Source of the DNA: Kondoa subrosea | Lineage: Eukaryota | NCBI GenBank assembly: GCA_039545335.1 | Contig: BCIN01000003.1 | Coordinates: 1,116,001 to 1,180,000, forward strand | Reading direction: 5' to 3' | DNA: 64,000 nucleotides | Shown here: positions 39,806 through 52,133 of the stretch, one piece after another | Position numbering within the stretch: position 1 is the stretch's first letter | Layout: every line of letters begins with the position of its first letter | Position numbers and translations under genes: made by a program | Notes under the pieces: generated by a model | What the model was told of the DNA's origin: nothing | Seen by the model: only the letters and a program-made list of their open reading frames with translations | Databases searched by the model: none

Positions 39806-40314
39806 GATTCCAGACATCGCACACAGGACTGCTCTGAGCTCCTGTACATATCTCCGCAACCTCCAAAAGGCAAGAGAGGATTTGAGCTTGGATCTGACAG
39901 AACTGCTCTGTGCGATTCTTTCACTCGGGGAGCGGGTACACAAAGGGGCGAATTGCGCGAGGCAGAGTATCGATCAGACATAGCAGAAAGAGTTGCAGAG
40001 AATTGACGTGACGAGTAAGTGAATCGCAATTGTACGAATAACGAATTGAGTTGAATTGAGCCAATGAGGATGACGATTACTGGATCAGACACATTTGTGT
40101 CGTTGTAGATCTCAGTAATAGTTTGGAGCTACTGGACACATGCAGAGATTCGCATCGCGGGGCAAAGAAAGATGTGAAGAACTTTAGAGTCAAAGTGTAT
40201 ACTATCTAAATGACTGTGTTTGCATTGGAGACTCTATGAAAGTCTGAATGTCCGCAGTTACTCCCGCTCGCAGAGACAGAAAACAGAACACTATAAGAAA
40301 AGCCCAATCAGTTC

Positions 40315-42754
40315 TCAAGCTTTGACTATTGCAAGAAAGACGCATCAGTAATGGAGTATGCAGAAGAGAGATGAAGACTGACCCTTCTTGCTCCTGGAAA
40401 CCTTGTGGAATCGGTTGGTTGTAGAATGGAAGCCATTCGCACTTCGCAAGTTGCCTTTCGCGGCACCTTTTGCATGCAAATTCAAGCCAGGGAAGAGGAA
40501 GCTGAGACCTGTGATGATTGATACGTGATTCTAAGCAAGCATGCTCATCTCAAGGAGAAAGAAACATACCTGGAGGAGCTTCGCTGCCTGAATCGCTGCC
40601 TGAGTCACTACCTGCTCCACTGTTGCTGCTTCCTCCTCCTCCAATATTAAGAGAGCCACCTAGAGAACCTCCCAGTATTCCAGTAAGCATATTAATAATG
40701 TTTGCGCCTAAACATAATTCAGAAAATGGTCCATTGTAAAGAAAAATTACGTACCACTTTTGACTCCGATGTCCATGAGACCTTTGAGATCGAGCTTGCT
40801 TGCAGCAGTAACAAGGCCATTCAAGTCAAGAAGCCCATCTGCACCCAGAACGCCGTTCAGATCAATACCTATTGAAGTTGAATTTCAGCAAAAGAGCAAA
40901 ATAGCGAGAAAAGAAACGAACCGAATGAAGCAGCCATATCTAGAAGCGCGTTTACATCCAGGAGCCCGTCAGCACCAACTAAGCCATCCAAATTGATGTT
41001 CATGTCTAAAAGTGAGTTGACATTTAAGAGACCATCTGCTCCTAACAGCCCTTTCAGGTCTACGCCTGTTGAGCATTAGCAGTCAGTAAAGAATGGATCA
41101 TGAAGTATAAGCAGCAGAAGCTTACCCATACCGGCAGCCATATCAAGAATGGAGTCAACATTCAACTTGCCCTCTCCATTCATCAAGCCATTCAATTGAA
41201 GCCCTAAACATGTTATTAGCGAAGAGGACAATGTATTTGAGCATCTGTGCACACCAGCCTTCGATCCAAGTTCAAGTAAAGTGTTCAAATTGAGCATTCC
41301 TCCAGAACTCAGAAGGCCATCCATTTTGGTGTCAAGTAAGCCGTTGATATTTAGCTTCCCGTCCCCACTGAGTAGTCCTTTCAGATCCAAACCTGTTCAG
41401 ATGGATGAAGAAGTCGGAAATGATTGCAATTAGCAAGTGAAAATCATGTACCAGCTTTCGCAGCGAGATCCATCAACGCCTGAATGTTTACTTTGCCATC
41501 ACCACCAAGCAAGCCCTTGAAGTCGAAATTTCCGTTCATAAGTGCACCTAAATCGAGACCACCAAGAAGTCCTGTAAGAGAAAGTGACATCAGTTCAGTC
41601 GAATGTAACGGAAATGCTGTCGAGGCATGTAACATACCACCTCCTGCCTGTCCACTTGCGCCTGCGCTAGCATCTCCACCCAGATTGAGCTTGGGGAGGT
41701 TCAATCCAAGTCCTAAATGCCACGAGAAAGAAGAGTCGAGTCTTGTCAAGTTGAATGGAAGCGCAGAAAGGAAGACTTACCTCCTTCCCCGCCAATGTTC
41801 ATGAGACCAGAAAGATCCAATCCTGCGTGCGCCAATGGGTAAGCGAAAGAAAATGTAAAAAGTTGAGGAAAATCAATGTACCCAGCTTTCCTCCCAGATT
41901 AGCAAGAGCTCCAAGGTCCAATTTACCATTGGCTCCAATCAGAGCATTGAGATCGATGCCCATCTTGGCGCAAAGATCAAGCAACGCAGAAACGTCTAGT
42001 TTCCCGTTTGCGCCAATCAAAGCTTTCAAATCGATTCCAGCCTTTGCGGCGAGATCTAAGAGAACATCAATGTTTAGTTGCCCATTGGCGCCAAGTAGAC
42101 CCTTCAAATCGATTCCTTTTCTCAAGAGCATTAAGCAAAAAAGCCCGAAATTTGCCGGAAAGGATGACACACCAGCCTTAGCACACATGCCCAAAAGTCC
42201 ATTGATATCTAATTTGCCAGACGTGCCCAAAAGGCCTGAGATATCGAGGCCTGAGCGAAAGTTGTGAGCAGATGTCTAGAAAAAAATAAGACAGCAATGA
42301 AGAAGACATACCTCCTAAGCCTGATAAGTCCAAGCCACCATTTCCATCAATGATTGCTCCGATATTGAGACCAGGGATTTGGATTCCTGCACAAAAAAAG
42401 AAGCAAAAGAAAATGATCAATATTGCTGGTAGATGACAAGCGCAACACAAGACAGCTCACCTCCTCCTGCTTCCCCTTTTCCGCCTAGTCCCAAGCCAAA
42501 GCCAGGCAAATTGAAGCCTATCGAGAGGAAAAACTTCAGATGAGCGAAATAAAACGATCAATTGTTGTGCAGACTTACTTCCGCCCGCTGATCCTGATCC
42601 CGAGCCTGATCCCGAGCCTGATCCTCCGATATTGAAGCCAGGAAGACCTGTTGCATGAGAGATTCTTTCATTTTTGCATGACACATCGACTCGAGACGAT
42701 GACTTACCGATTCCAATGCCTCCTGAGCCCGAGCCTGAGCCTGAGCCAGAGCCT

Positions 42755-42795
<41 letters not shown>

Positions 42796-43409
42796 TGAAC
42801 CTGAACCTGAGCCCGAGCCAGAACCAGAACCAGCAGGTTGAGTAGCAGCAGGGGGACTAGATCCACCAGAGCAAGTTTGACGATCAATTTCCTTGACAGC
42901 AGGAGTGACTTGGCCAACAACATCGTGAGTAGTTTGCACCTCTTTCCCATAGATGTCGGTTTCGGAGAGAGGCTGGTCAGGAGTGTCTGCCCAGAGCGTT
43001 CAGTGTTGTTTGTTCCGCATACATACATGAAACTTACAGCATCGACCGGTAGCAGGATTCTTTTGACAGCAGGTACAGTCCACAACTACTTGGTCTGCAA
43101 GTTCAAGTCAGAAAGAGTTGCGATTCTTTCGATACGAAGACTCACTGGGAGTGGAAGAAGGGGCGAATTCATTGGAGTACCAGTCTCCTTTAGCTTCGCA
43201 TGAGGCACGACAGGCAAGACGCCACGATTGCTTGAATTGCCCGAGAGATTGATCTTGACCATACTGTAAGAAATATGTGAGTATCGATCTCGACAATACG
43301 CTTGGAATTGACTCACAACGACAGTTGCCTTCTCGCAAGCTGGGATATCGCCAGTGGCGACAGTATAGGAAGCCAAGAACGGGAGTAGTAATAAAGAAAT
43401 GACCAGCAT
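40315..43409 (-). CDS. Secreted protein B, paralog of A: Cys-rich domain, (GS)n linker and about ten 26-aa Gly/Leu repeats
   Basis: [60 protein letters not shown]; repeats such as [26 protein letters not shown]; ends ...[14 protein letters not shown]. Confidence 0.78.
42723..42831 (-). repeat. Degenerate 6-bp coding repeat encoding a (Gly-Ser)n linker
   Basis: gagcct/gagcca/gaacca/gaacct units; translation GSGSGS... in ORF 42457..42939. Confidence 0.9.
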
Positions 43410-44313
43410 TTTGAGTTAGTGAGTGAGATAAATGAGAAAAGAAAGGAAAGTAAGTTTGTGAGATGAAGAAAAAGAGAGCAATTAAGAAACTTATACAACC
43501 CCAATGTGGGTCTGAGAACCTTCAAACGATGTCCATCTCCTAGCGGAAACATGTAAAAGAAGCAGCACAGACGCAATTCGTCCAAGCTCAGGCCAAGCTA
43601 ACAGTGAAACTTAGCAACTTGCCCCTATAAGGTATCTGCATATTAGCCGTAGCCTCAAATACTCAAGGCTCGGACTACGGAGAATCGCTTAACGACCCCT
43701 GTTCGGAATAGCAACGCACAGACGAGAAAGTACGGTACAAACGTCAGGAGAAAGAATCTGGCAATTAAGCACACGAGCAGACAAGTAGAAGAAGGCATTC
43801 TTCAAGGCAGGACAAACAACAGCGTGGGCTTGAAAACCCTGTGCAGCTGGATCGCCTAGCATGTGGTAGGATTCATTGATTCTTGCACTTCTATTCCCTG
43901 CATGACGGTCGCCGATACTTGAGCTCGAAGCTTCCTTCCCTTGAACAGGTTTTCCAACGACATTTTCAATCGAGGTTCAGATTGGGAAATATGGTGAACT
44001 ATGGCCAGATATCGGTTTTGATTACTGAATTTATACTGAATGCAGTCTGGTAGCATTGTCAGGCATTGACCGTTGATTGTTTGGCTGAGATCTCGCAATT
44101 TCAAGCTAAACGTGTGCTTATGTAATATCTTTATGCCTGCTTTTGCAATCGAATGGCTCTACAAAACTCTCGACACACAGTATGTATTGCATTTGAGAGA
44201 GCTTCAGACATGCAACAAACAAAATTGACAAATCCTTCCCTTTCATTACTGAGTCGATGCTCTCCGAAGCCCAGCTCTTTCCCCTCTTCCTCACTGAGAT
44301 TCACTTATCGAGC

Positions 44314-44829
44314 ATGAGTATGTTGGTTTTTCCTCATGCGCCGCTGTCAACTCATCAGAGATTAACAGCTACAGCATCGCATACCCTGCTTTCCAAATTA
44401 GCTCACGACGAAGACATCCTCTTCGCAGACGAAGAGGCTCGTAAAGCCAATGAAGCGGCCATAGATCGGATTTCGGAAGAAATGACGACACTGGCGGACG
44501 AGAAGATAGCTCTCCGCGAGACCATCAAGTATCTTGTCGCTGAGGAAATAGTTGACGGCAAGAACAATGAGAAGGAATTGGAAGAGGTTGCTCAAGCCGA
44601 GAGAGCTAGTACTGCAAAATTTGAGGAGGATGCGAAGAAGGAGGAAGAGCTTGAGATGAAGGAAGAACAGCTCATGGAAGCAATCCATCAGGTTCGTTTC
44701 ACTTTCACGCCCAATGAAGGCAATAGCTTGAAGCTGAACATGTATCAGGAACGTGTGATCTTGAAGAAAGACAGAGAGGATCCAGACTTAGACGTCGTAG
44801 CATTGACTGATACGGTTCTCGAATATTGA
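44314..44829 (+). CDS. Small acidic coiled-coil protein of unknown function
   Basis: ATG A|gtatg microexon, then TASHTLLSKLAHDEDILFADEEARK...KKEEELEMKEEQLMEAIHQ|ERVILKKDREDPDLDVVALTDTVLEY*. Confidence 0.6.
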   Translation: MSMLVFPHAPLSTHQRLTATASHTLLSKLAHDEDILFADEEARKANEAAIDRISEEMTTLADEKIALRETIKYLVAEEIVDGKNNEKELEEVAQAERASTAKFEEDAKKEEELEMKEEQLMEAIHQVRFTFTPNEGNSLKLNMYQERVILKKDREDPDLDVVALTDTVLEY

Positions 44830-45081
44830 AATAGTTTTGCAATCACATTTGACCAAGCGTTTTGACAACGGCCTCGTCTCGATTCTGTCTGCACTATATC
44901 CATTCTTATTCTTCAGATGATTATCATCTTCCCAGCTAGCTTGAGATGACGAAAACACAAAAAGGGAAATCAAGAACGCGAATTCCGGTAGCCATGTTCT
45001 CGTGGAAGAATTCTTCTCAGGACTTGCTATATTGATGACAACAAGCTTCTTTGCCTTGAACCATCAATCATCTATCTAAAC

Positions 45082-45628
45082 ATGACCAGTCAGTATCTGT
45101 TTCCACTCCAATCGAGCCTAACTTACATCTTATGTCAAGCTATCGAACCGAAATTTTCTTCTCTTCCTTTACCTTACGATCACGCTCTAGACAAGATCAA
45201 TGAAACCGAAGGTGAAATCGCTATCGAGAAGCACATCATGGCCAAAGAGAACACAGCTGAGAAATCGTTATCAACGGAACTCACTCAACTCGCTCGCGCT
45301 GAAGCAGAAGGCAGAAAAACAGTGGCTAGATTGATTGAATTGGCCAATGCTCCTAATGCGGACCATAAGAAGCTGGACCAAGAGATTGATGATGCTGAAG
45401 CTGAATTGCTCTTGATTCATTCTCGAGTACGTCTTCCAAAAGCATATCAAGGCAATTATAGTTGACAACTGTTAACAGATTCGCAACCTCGAGAAGGAAG
45501 ACTCTGCAATGGTGCAAGAGATGTCAATTGAAGCTAGTCGCATTACAGCCGCTCGCAGGAAGTTGAAGGAGATGCGAGACAGAGCAGATGTTGAGATAGA
45601 AGCACTTGATGAGGGGCCTCTCGCATAG
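45082..45628 (+). CDS. Small acidic coiled-coil protein of unknown function
   Basis: ATG ACC A|gtcag microexon, then IEPKFSSLPLPYDHALDKINETE...AELLLIHSR|IRNLEKEDSAMVQEMSIEASRITAARRKLKEMRDRADVEIEALDEGPLA*. Confidence 0.6.
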
Positions 45629-45846
45629 GAATGCACTCGTTCCGAACGTTAACTGCAGCTTCATAAGCCTTTCAAACACAGAATCAACCTTCGTTGAATA
45701 TCGAACAAGCACATATATGCTGTCCAAATACCGGATGATTAGGGCGAGAGCTGGCAATTTGCTTGAAAGGGGTGAAACCGGACCAAATTTGAGATGACTT
45801 GATCACAATTCATTCGAGAGGGCTTGTCCAGTAAGTACCAGCTCCA

Positions 45847-47654
45847 TGGAGAACATTCGACATTCGCTGCATGTCCTTCGGCACGAGCGATTGCCCTTGA
45901 ATCTGTTTGCCGCTTTCTTCTGTTGCGCAAGGGAAATGCCTGACTTGAAGATGCAGACGGAACCAGAGATCTTGCTGGAATAGGTGGTCCTGCTCCTGTT
46001 TCGCATTTCTATTTCGTGGCCTAGTAGACAGCGCTTCTCTTCCTCTTTATCTCGCTGGACCGCTCAGAGTTGGTTTCATGACAACATTGGCTCGGACATC
46101 CAAAATTCTGATCTGCTATGAAATAGGTCGGACGCTTCTCCTATCGCGTAGACACTGGAGATACTGGATCATGCCGAGGTATGACTTCCGCGAAGTGTTG
46201 TGACTAAAGGTTCACTGATGTCGGTATCGTGAAGTCCTAGTATACGTCAGCGAGCGCATTTGCAACTCTGCTTACCAAGACTGATTTGAGAGTAGCTGCC
46301 AACCAAACAAAAAGAAAAAGGCGAGCAGCTTGGTGCTTGTATGCATATTCCAGGAGGGTAGGCCAATCTTTGGTGTGATAATCGTTGTACACTCATTTAA
46401 TCTTACGCACAGCGGATGGTCAGTCATATACATCTCATCGTATGATGGAGCTGGAACTGTATTCTAGGACCATCTGCCGACCTGAGACTGAAGCTGCAAT
46501 ATGTCGCTACTTAGCTGATGAACTTGGGACGGTAGTTATTTCGCCAGATTATCACAAGGTGCGCAGTATCCGATATTCTTGAGACATGCTGATGCTGCTC
46601 GGAAAAGGCTCCTCACTATCCATTCCCACATGGTAGGGGACTTCTCTCGCTTCGAAAAGCTATAACCGACTGATTATTTTGTAATAGCTTTGGAGCAAAT
46701 ATACTCGGTGCTAGAATGGGTCGCTAATGATGGTCTTAATCACCTGCTCGCGACTCACGACAAATGTCAACAAAGCACAATTCGTGTCAATCCGCATCTC
46801 ATTGCCATTTCGGGTATGTACAGTTCTATTTGTTGCTTCTGCCAGTTACTCACTTGAATTATAGGAGGATCGGCCGGCAGCAATTTAGCTGCAGCAGTCA
46901 CTTTGCTTTCGATACAAAGACCTCTGCCTAATGCTCGAATAGCCGCTCTCGGTCTTCTTTACCCAGCAGTTGATTTAGCAGTACCATTCGCAGAAAAAGT
47001 AGCAAGAATAGAGTGAGTCTCCCCCAACATTAAAGACTTTGGTGTTCAAACATCTTCAAACAGTGCCGCTCATGCTCTGCCACATTGGATGTCTCGTTTC
47101 TTCCTACATTCTTATGTTCCACCACCGTACAAGTTCGACAATCCACTTATTTCGCCTAGTCATGCATCAAATGATCAGCTCAAACAGTTTCCTCCTACTG
47201 CTATACTTACTGCGGAGCGTGATTACCTTTCCCATGAGGCGGATGTATTTGCTGGGAAATTAGATAGGAACGGGGTGAAAGTGAGGAACAGACGATTTGA
47301 AAATGTTGGACATGGTGAGTGTCTTGTATGATGTTTGTCCAATTGGTGTTAACGAGATATTTGGCAGCTTTCGATGGTATTCCGACCAGCAATATAGAGC
47401 AGCGAGGTCATAATGAGAAAGCTAGAATAGAAGCTTGGGCCAGTGAGTTGCTTTTGCTTCTGATCCAACTCATTCAAGCTAAATCTTCATGCAGTGATTC
47501 GCGATATTTTCCGCGAAAACCTAATTGAACAGTCGTCAGGATCTATAGAGGTCAGCTTTTTGGCTGATCGCCACCTCACGAGACTGATTTGGGATGCACA
47601 GCCAATAGAGACAGATCTTCGCGTCGAAGAGTTGCCAGCTACTTTGTTGCAATA
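45847..47654 (+). CDS. Alpha/beta hydrolase, hormone-sensitive-lipase family (ends approximate)
   Basis: HIPGGGW oxyanion motif (spliced across a 6-nt exon), VVISPDYHKAPHYPFP, IAISGGSAGSNLAAA, LLYPAVDL, NPLISP, FPPTAILTAERDYL, NVGHAFD. Confidence 0.85.
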
Positions 47655-47809
47655 AGCCAGAATCGCGCGCGGCCGCATTTGTATGGCTCGCAGAGCTCAA
47701 TATCTACTACAAGCACTTGTGTATAGAGCATGCCTGTAAATTCATTACATTTTTGTTGACTTGGTTCATCCATCTCGTTTTCTGATAAACCTCGATTGAC
47801 TGCATCAGA

Positions 47810-49379
47810 ATGAGCAGCGAAGATGCAGAGACTATCTTGCGCACACGCGTAATGAGCGATAAAGGCATCGTTTGTCCTGCAGCCCCGGATCCAGAAGTGT
47901 TCAAGCTGAAATTGCTGTTGTTCAGGTGACCTATCGTACTCTATCACGACTGCTTGGTGTCCATGTGAATGAAGCAAAGAAGTCAGTCTGGATCTTGCTG
48001 TTTGCTAGCTATTACGCTGACAATATATCCTCTAATGACAGACATCTATTCGCTTTCCATTCTGCTAACCCATCTCCAGCGATTCACGCGACTTATCTTA
48101 TTTCTGGAGTCTTACCAGTCTTGCATACCAATGGCGCAGCGAAAGAGGGAGAGAATGGAATGGATTTGGATGATGAGCCTCCAACTAGTCAGCCTCAAGT
48201 GTCAATAGCCGAACAGGTTTCAACCACGACAATGCAGTTAGTACAACAGGAAGAGTTTGAAGAAGCAAAGAAACGGTTCCAAAGCATTTCTTCCGTTGCT
48301 ATCTATTCCTTGCAACCTGGACGATTAGTAGTGACTTTCACAAACTTCTGTCTTGATACTCTGAGGCTGATAGTTTGTGAAGGATCCAGCGATTCTTGTG
48401 GCTACAAATGCGGAAGTTCAAACTGATGCTAATATGATCAAAAGCTGGAAGAAATCCAACAATGGTGAATCTTTCGGTTTGGTACAATGCAAAGATCGCG
48501 TTATTATGGATAAAGTCAGTCCGTCTCTCCTGCTCTCGTCACAATCTGATCAGCGAGATAGGTCTCACCTGCGAAAAGTAAAGCTGGCAGTAGCAGTAAA
48601 TTATCCGTTTCCGCTACTTCCGATACCAAATCCCTCAAAAGGAAAGCTTCGGACGTTAGTGTCGACACCACAGCATCTTCCTCCAAGCCCAAAGCAGCAG
48701 TGAAGGTGAAAGAGAGTAAAGATGTTAAAGGAAAGGGTAAAGCAAGCTCGAGTACTACTGCTACAAAAAGCAAGAAAAGAATTGCGGATAGCGATGAAGA
48801 GGATGAGGAAATGGATGAGGATGCAAAGATGAGAGCTGAACAAGAGAAAGCTGATATGGAAGCTGCTCAAGCTATGGATTGGGATGAAGGTGTGCTCAAT
48901 TATTCTGTCGGTCCCATGGTCGAGCTGAATGAGATCGACAGATGATTTGAATGAGGATGAACAGGAGAAGAAGCCTGCTGAAAAGGAGAAGAAGGCTAAA
49001 GCTAAATCAACTAAAGCAGAGTCTTCCTCTGCGAAACCTTCCCCCGCTGGAAAGACTCGCAAGACTAGGATCGTAAAACGTACATACGTCGACGAACGTG
49101 GATACAAGAGTGAGCATTTCCTACGTGTGAGGCCTTCCATTACTGATGAGCTTGGAAGAAACTCGCGATGAAGAAGAATCGTATTCTGAATCTGAAGGAG
49201 AGAAGGTCACAGAGAAACCCAAAAAATCGAGTAGCAGCAACAAGGAAGGTTCTTCCAAAACTGTCAAGAAGGAGAAGAAGGACGAGACGAAGAAGTCTAG
49301 TTCATCTTCAATGAGTAAGCCGAAAAAGGGTAAACCAGGGGAACAGCAGACTATGAAGTCGTTCTTTGGTAAGAAGTAA
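47810..49379 (+). CDS. POL32: DNA polymerase delta subunit 3 (Pol32/Cdc27/POLD3)
   Basis: VTYRTLSRLLGVHVNEAKK, IHATYLISG, IYSLQP, KRTYVDERGY, and C-terminal PIP box QQTMKSFFGKK. Confidence 0.9.
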
Positions 49380-49649
49380 GATACCGATGGAGTTGAGCAG
49401 CCTGAAATTGCAAATATCCATTGTTGCGCTGTAACCATCACTTTGAAGTTTGGTTCGACATTTGATTTGCCCAGGACTGCTAGAATAGCTCTAGCCAGCG
49501 AATCGGACAGCGACCTTCAAGACGAAAAGAGAGAAGGGGGATTGGGCTCGAACGAGATTCAAAACTCGAATTCGACGGACGAAAGAAAGTTAGGCTGCAA
49601 GATACGCAAGACTAGCCAATCACAGCTGCTCGAGTACACATCTATTTAG

Positions 49650-50815
49650 ATGGAGTGTCATATCACCTCCCTGAGTCCAGAAGTATTGGAGCAAGTATTT
49701 TTGCAATTAGACAGCAACGACCTCGAAGATCGAATTGCTCTCTTTTCTTCCCTGGTGGTCTGCAAAGCATGGTATTCGGCTGTCTATGGCAGCGCTCTGT
49801 TCGACCAAATTTCGTTCCGGCATCATAGGCAAATTCGACCTCTTGCCTTACGACTCGTGCAAGATCCTATGAAAGCCAAACATATACGCCTACTGGATTT
49901 CATTGTGCAGAATTTGAGAACGCGAGCACTTCAGATGTGGTACATAGTCTGGCATCTACACTCTTCATTCTGAGCTTAACAAAGAATCTGATCCGCTTGA
50001 CCGACTTTCCAATTCTTCGAGCCGATTTTCCCGAGGTCACAGCTACCCTTCGACAGCTGAATAAACTTCGGCACTTCTCTTCGTGTGTATATAGACACTC
50101 TAGCCTGAATACACTCCGCTCTCTTTCCATCTCAGAAACGCGTGATCTTTGCAGCTATTTCCCCGCTTTGACCAAGCTCGATCTGGACGGCTACACAATC
50201 AACGCTTGGTCCAGGTAATAGGACTCTTCAGCAGTGGTCGAGGAGACGACTGATCTTCCCAAGGCAGAAACTCTACCTCGGCAGCTCTCTTCCATTTAGG
50301 ACTATGGCGCTGTAAGATCGCCAAAGCAGATCTGATGTCTATACTCACAGAATACCAGCATTCGCTCAACCACATTACACTCCAAAACTGCGCTGGCTTC
50401 TCGATTGATGATCTCACAGAGGCCATCCTCGCTGCCAAGGTCAAAGTGCGGCATGTGGGCCTGTTTGACACTTTCCCTCCAGCTTCCAAACCGACAAACT
50501 ATGACTACCTGGCAAGCTTGACAGATCTCAGGCTGGCCACCTTCTGTAAAGATTCCCTTGACGACGATAGTCTATTGTATCTTCCAGTGTCAGCGGTGCA
50601 AGTGACATTGCAATCGCGGCGATTGGTCCGGCGAACATTGTAGTTGCTGTCGCGGCGATCAAGCGCCCTATCCGCTTTGTACTCGATGCTTGGACTCTCA
50701 CTTCGAGGGAGCGTGCAATGCTTGATGTATGTACTTCTGCATTCTATGATTGTTTAGCTAATTCTTCTGTCAGATGATCAAAGCAAATAACGATACCGTT
50801 TCGCTCTCGTACTAA
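49650..50815 (+). pseudogene. F-box/LRR-like protein copy 1, with two apparent frameshifts (pseudogene or assembly error)
   Basis: F-box ITSLSPEVLEQVFLQL...SLVVCKAWY; colinear with the copy at 52462-53635 but needs frame changes at about 49900 and 50614, where no intron fits. Confidence 0.6.
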
Positions 50816-51387
50816 GCATACAAAGTTCTCTTTCGGTCACTATATGCATCCGGCTTCCTTTCTCTCCATCTCGTTCAATGATCATCAGTCTTTTTCTTAT
50901 CGCAAGTCCATTCCTCTCACGCTATGCGGGCCGCCTGTAGACCATCAAGAATCACATTTCTTCCTGCATTTGCTCACTTCAAGAAGCAATCAGCCTACCG
51001 AAGGATATCATTCATCTTCTTGGAAGGATAGAATAGGCATCGTTGGATCAACATAGTGGGCAAAGATGTGCGGTGGTTATGCATGAACAATGTGTGGATT
51101 TCGAAATGGTTCAAGTTGGTTTTGACAAAGTTGGCAAGAGGTTGAATGAGAGCGAGCATTAGACGAGCGGCAAGCGAACGGCGGAAGAAGTGTAGCCATG
51201 CAAGAGTTGAGCGGTACTGTACTGGGCTATTTAAGCAGGATTGCTCGCAACCTTGCTGCGGTTCGCAGCGATGTTCGGAACGGCAGGCTGCCTGCATGAG
51301 CGACAGTAAATCAGCGAGAGCAGCTGCTTTGTGCATGTATCAATATTAATACAAGTCGACTCCCCTTGTTTCATCACGGCCAACGCA

Positions 51388-52133
51388 ATGTCTAGCAACA
51401 AGAAACCTAATCCTGCAGTATGCACCGGATGTAACACGTCTGTTGATCAGCTAGAGGAGGACGGATCTGAAGTGTGAGCTCCAAATATCGAATTGATGCT
51501 CAAGGTCTCAATTTATGATTTTTCGCGTCTTTTGGCAGTGATGAATGCCCTGATTGCGGATAGTAAGCAATTGCACGTTCATACACATGCACTAACGCGT
51601 GAAAAACGCGTACAGCTTAGCTTGCGACGAGTGAGGCTCTCCACCTTGTTTTTTTCTGCATCGGGTCTTAGCCAGTACAGCTGCGCTTGTCATCATTCCA
51701 GAGGTGATTGTCAACTGTCACTGCTTTCTCCTGTGTCTTATGCATGCGATCAAGCTCCTGCTTATGCCTTGGAAGCAATTTTGGAACGCCTTGTGAGTTA
51801 TCATGTATACTGCTGATTTTCATTGCTGAAAGATTACATAGATTGGTCACTAGAGTCTCTGCAGCGTCTCGGTGACTCATATGGCATGCCAGCCTTCGAA
51901 TGCCTAGATGGTATCAAATGGGAAAGTAGGTTCTTCTCGTTCGACAAGATAAAGAATCTAACACGTCGTCTAGTGGACAAGCATATCGCGGCGATCATCA
52001 CCCTGATGCAGAAGAGCTAGAATCAGAAGGCTGTGATCCAGCCAAGGTGCTCGAAGCGAAGGAAAGAGCTTGCAAAAATTGTGGTGCTACGGCTAGGTGC
52101 CTGAAGAAGAGTGCTGTTGCAGCAATCAGATAG
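51388..52133 (+). CDS. Small Cys/His-rich (zinc-binding-like) protein, microexon gene not represented in ORF track
   Basis: Spliced MSSNKKPNPAVCTGC...VDECPDCGYLACDDCACHHSRG(S)CLCLGSNFGTPYY...GQAYRGDHHP...RACKNCGATARCL; one junction needs a +1 nt correction. Confidence 0.55.

Noticed and set aside
42651..42845. Plus-strand ORF with SLSQ/NQSQ repeats and the alternate-frame LALVLA ORF
   Set aside because: These are antisense and alternate-frame readings of the (GS)n coding repeat of secreted protein B.
43410..44313. Long intergenic region and ORF 43856..44104 as a possible transposon remnant
   Set aside because: No terminal repeats or transposase/RT motifs were seen.
51146..51349. Cys-rich 67-aa ORF
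   Set aside because: No recognisable motif, signal peptide or splice support; it lies in the probable upstream region of the 51388 gene.
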